A stretch of DNA of 63,937 nucleotides, filler included, from Octopus bimaculoides (taxonomy: Eukaryota): NCBI RefSeq assembly GCF_001194135.2. It is 8 parts of 7 records of this genome, joined end to end, with 100 filler letters (N's around TTAATTAATTAA, not from the genome) between each part and the next. Parts side by side here need not be neighbours in the genome. Positions count along the whole stretch, not along the records: positions 61,820 to 63,937 come from NC_068983.1; 7 more parts are not named here. One strand, given 5' to 3'. The notes under the pieces were generated by a model. The model did not search any database. It was not told the DNA's origin and saw only the letters and a list, made by a program, of their open reading frames with translations. Position numbers and translations under genes: made by a program. Below, in pieces: positions 61,864 through 63,937 of the stretch; the stretch's first letter is position 1; each line of letters starts with the position of its first letter.

Positions 61864-63062
61864 AGCGCATGTGTGTTTGTGTTTGTATTTGTGTATGTGT
61901 GTGTGTGTTTGTTTGTGTGTCTGTGTGCGTGTGTTTGTGTTTGTGTGTTTGTTTCTGTGTGTGTGTGTTTGTGTGTGTGTGTGTAGACATGTGTTTATGC
62001 ATCTTTGAGAAAGTTTCCTACTGCTTGAAAACCGGTGTTTTTTAGTTTATGTCCACTTAACTAAGCAGTTTGGCAACAAGCAAAAATCTGACACAAAAGA
62101 ATAACTACTAAACTTTAAAAAAAAATATAGGTACTCGGGTCGATATGATCAATTTACTTTTCAAAGCAATACTCCAAAATGGTTGCAATCCAATGAATAA
62201 AACCAACCAACAGTATACATAAAAATATATGAAGTACATACATCAGAACCCACATCAAAAAATCTGGGATCGAATTCTGTTTAGTGTTAATTTCTTATAC
62301 TTGTACCTTCTTTATTTTCTCACTATCTATCATCCAAGCACGATCCTTCAAAGGTCAATATTATCTGGTTCCCCTTGAATGATCGTTCAAATAAGGATAA
62401 TTGAATTTTCGGTGTCGATTTCATCGATTTTCAGTTCTCTGTAAAATGGATGGATTCGTGCCAATATGAGAAAATAGTGTTTACATTCAATATATAAAGA
62501 ATTCTTTGACCAATCCTATCTTAGAGATATATTAATTAATCTGTTTAGTATCGTAATTCATAAGTTCTTTGGGTTTGTTTTTTTAAGTCAGTAAACAATG
62601 TTCGTCTGTACTGGCCGCTCCAGGAAGTTTGATGTCTGAAGAGAAAGAAAAAAATGCCGTCTCTGTTTAATAGAATCAATTATTGTAAATAATCGTCATG
62701 GGTTTAGTGTATATACATACACAATGGTAGATAGATAGATAGACATACACGTATGTGTGCGTATGATTTTGTAAGAATCTGTGTATATATATATATATAT
62801 ATNNNNNNNNNNNNNNNNNNNNNNNNNNNNNNNNNNNNNNNNNNNNNNNNNNNNNNNNNNNNNNNNNNNNNNNNNNNNNNNNNNNNNNNNNNNNNNNNNN
62901 NNNNNNNNNNNNNNNNNNNNNNNNNNNNNNNNNNNNNNNNNNNNNNNNNNNNNNNNNNNNNNNNNNNNNNNNNNNNNNNNNNNNNNNNNNNNNNNNNNNN
63001 NNNNNNNNNNNNNNNNNNNNNNNNNNNNNNNNNNNNNNNNGCCTTCTATAATTGATAATAAT

Positions 63063-63275
63063 ACTTTCTACTATAAGCACAAGGCCTGAAATTTGGGGGT
63101 GGGAGCCAGTCGATTACATCGACCCCAGCACTCAAATGGTACTTAATTTATCAACTCCGAAAGGATGAAAGGCAAAGTCGACCTCGGCGAAATTTGAACT
63201 CAGAACGTAAAGACAGACGAAATACCACTAAGCATTTCGCCCGGCGTGCTAACGATTCTGCCAGCTCATCACCTT
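63063..63275 (-). mobile_element. SINE family B, full length
   Basis: Same head, body and tail as 19190-19399, with CpGs retained. Confidence 0.9.
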
Positions 63276-63685
63276 CCGTAATTGATAATAATAACAATAA
63301 TTACATTAGTGGCAGCAAGCAATATTACCATTAAACAGCTATACAATAAATTCATAATTATATCAGAGGGTACACGAATCACCAGCTTGCTACAAAGTGG
63401 AGGTAAAAACTCTCCGACTGAACCACCACTCTCACTGAAATCATGCAACGGACCAACAGAAATCGGACAAACGAGTAGAATTTGACATGCTATCTCAGCT
63501 AAAAAGCCGTAGATTGAGGTAACATATACCTGGATCATGATTTCAAATTCTAGCTAATGCATCAATTCTCCTCAGCAAGTCTTGCCGTACCTAAAATGAA
63601 AAATTTATCTCGCCATTTGTAATTCGTTACGTCTTGAATAGCTTCGCACCAGAATATATATGTGTATGTTTGTGTGAGTATTATT

Positions 63686-63921
63686 TCTTTACTACCCACA
63701 AGGGGCTACACACAGAGGGGACAAACAAGGACAGACAAACGGATTAAGTCGATTATACCGACCCCAGTGCGTAACTGGTACTTATTTAATCGACCCCGAA
63801 AGGATGAAAGGCAAAGTCGACCTCGGCGAAATTTGAACTCAGAACATAGCGGCAGACGAAATACCGCTAAGCATTTCGCCCGGTGTGCTAACGTTTCTGC
63901 CAGCTCGCCCGCCAGCTCGCC
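63686..63921 (-). mobile_element. SINE family B variant with a different 3' tail
   Basis: Family B head and body, but the tail is tccgtttgtctgtccttgtttgtcccctctgtgtgtagccccttgtgggtagtaaagaaata on the minus strand. Confidence 0.88.
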
Positions 63922-63937
63922 GTGAGTGTGTGTTTGT

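Larger units (their letters stand above)
1..63937. repeat. Dense microsatellites throughout
   Basis: Examples: (GA)n about 9256-9329, (AAT)n about 10138-10209 and 46209-46317, (CT)n about 12263-12332, (TATC)n about 29107-29160, (CA)n about 36970-37033, (GATA)n about 50537-50612. Many N gaps are flanked by (TA)n. Confidence 0.98.

Noticed and set aside
8038-63921. Excess of minus-strand SINE B copies
   Set aside because: Copies are clustered and not independent, and segment orientation across scaffold joins is uncertain.

Overview
Repeat-dense, AT-rich animal genomic DNA from a draft assembly with many N gaps. The tRNA-derived SINE families, microsatellite load and TTAGGG repeats suggest a coleoid cephalopod, most likely an octopus (inference, no search run). 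The only host gene I can support is a CDC14-family dual-specificity phosphatase on the minus strand. Two exons (6194-6424 and 1593-1731) carry the catalytic HCKAGLGR motif, split by a phase-1 intron. Its other exons were not found in the window. The rest is mostly transposon relics: RTE, R4/Dong-like, Tx1/L1-like and Penelope-like retroelements, Tc1 and Chapaev3-like transposases, and at least three SINE families. Most ORFs in the supplied track are microsatellite or N artefacts. Seven 100-bp spacers containing TTAATTAATTAA are artificial scaffold joins, so adjacency across them is unreliable. The most interesting signals are: (1) a 1.5-kb fold-back element in a CDC14 intron with Helitron-like ends on both sides and head-to-head telomere-type repeats at its centre; (2) one near-intact and two degenerate minimal hammerhead ribozymes linked to Penelope-type repeats; (3) a PHD-type finger embedded between RT motifs 6 and 7 of the RTE element; (4) Dong-like elements stacked in (AAT)n tracts, including SINE tails; (5) several long hairpins. 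No CRISPR array, rRNA or genuine tRNA gene was seen.
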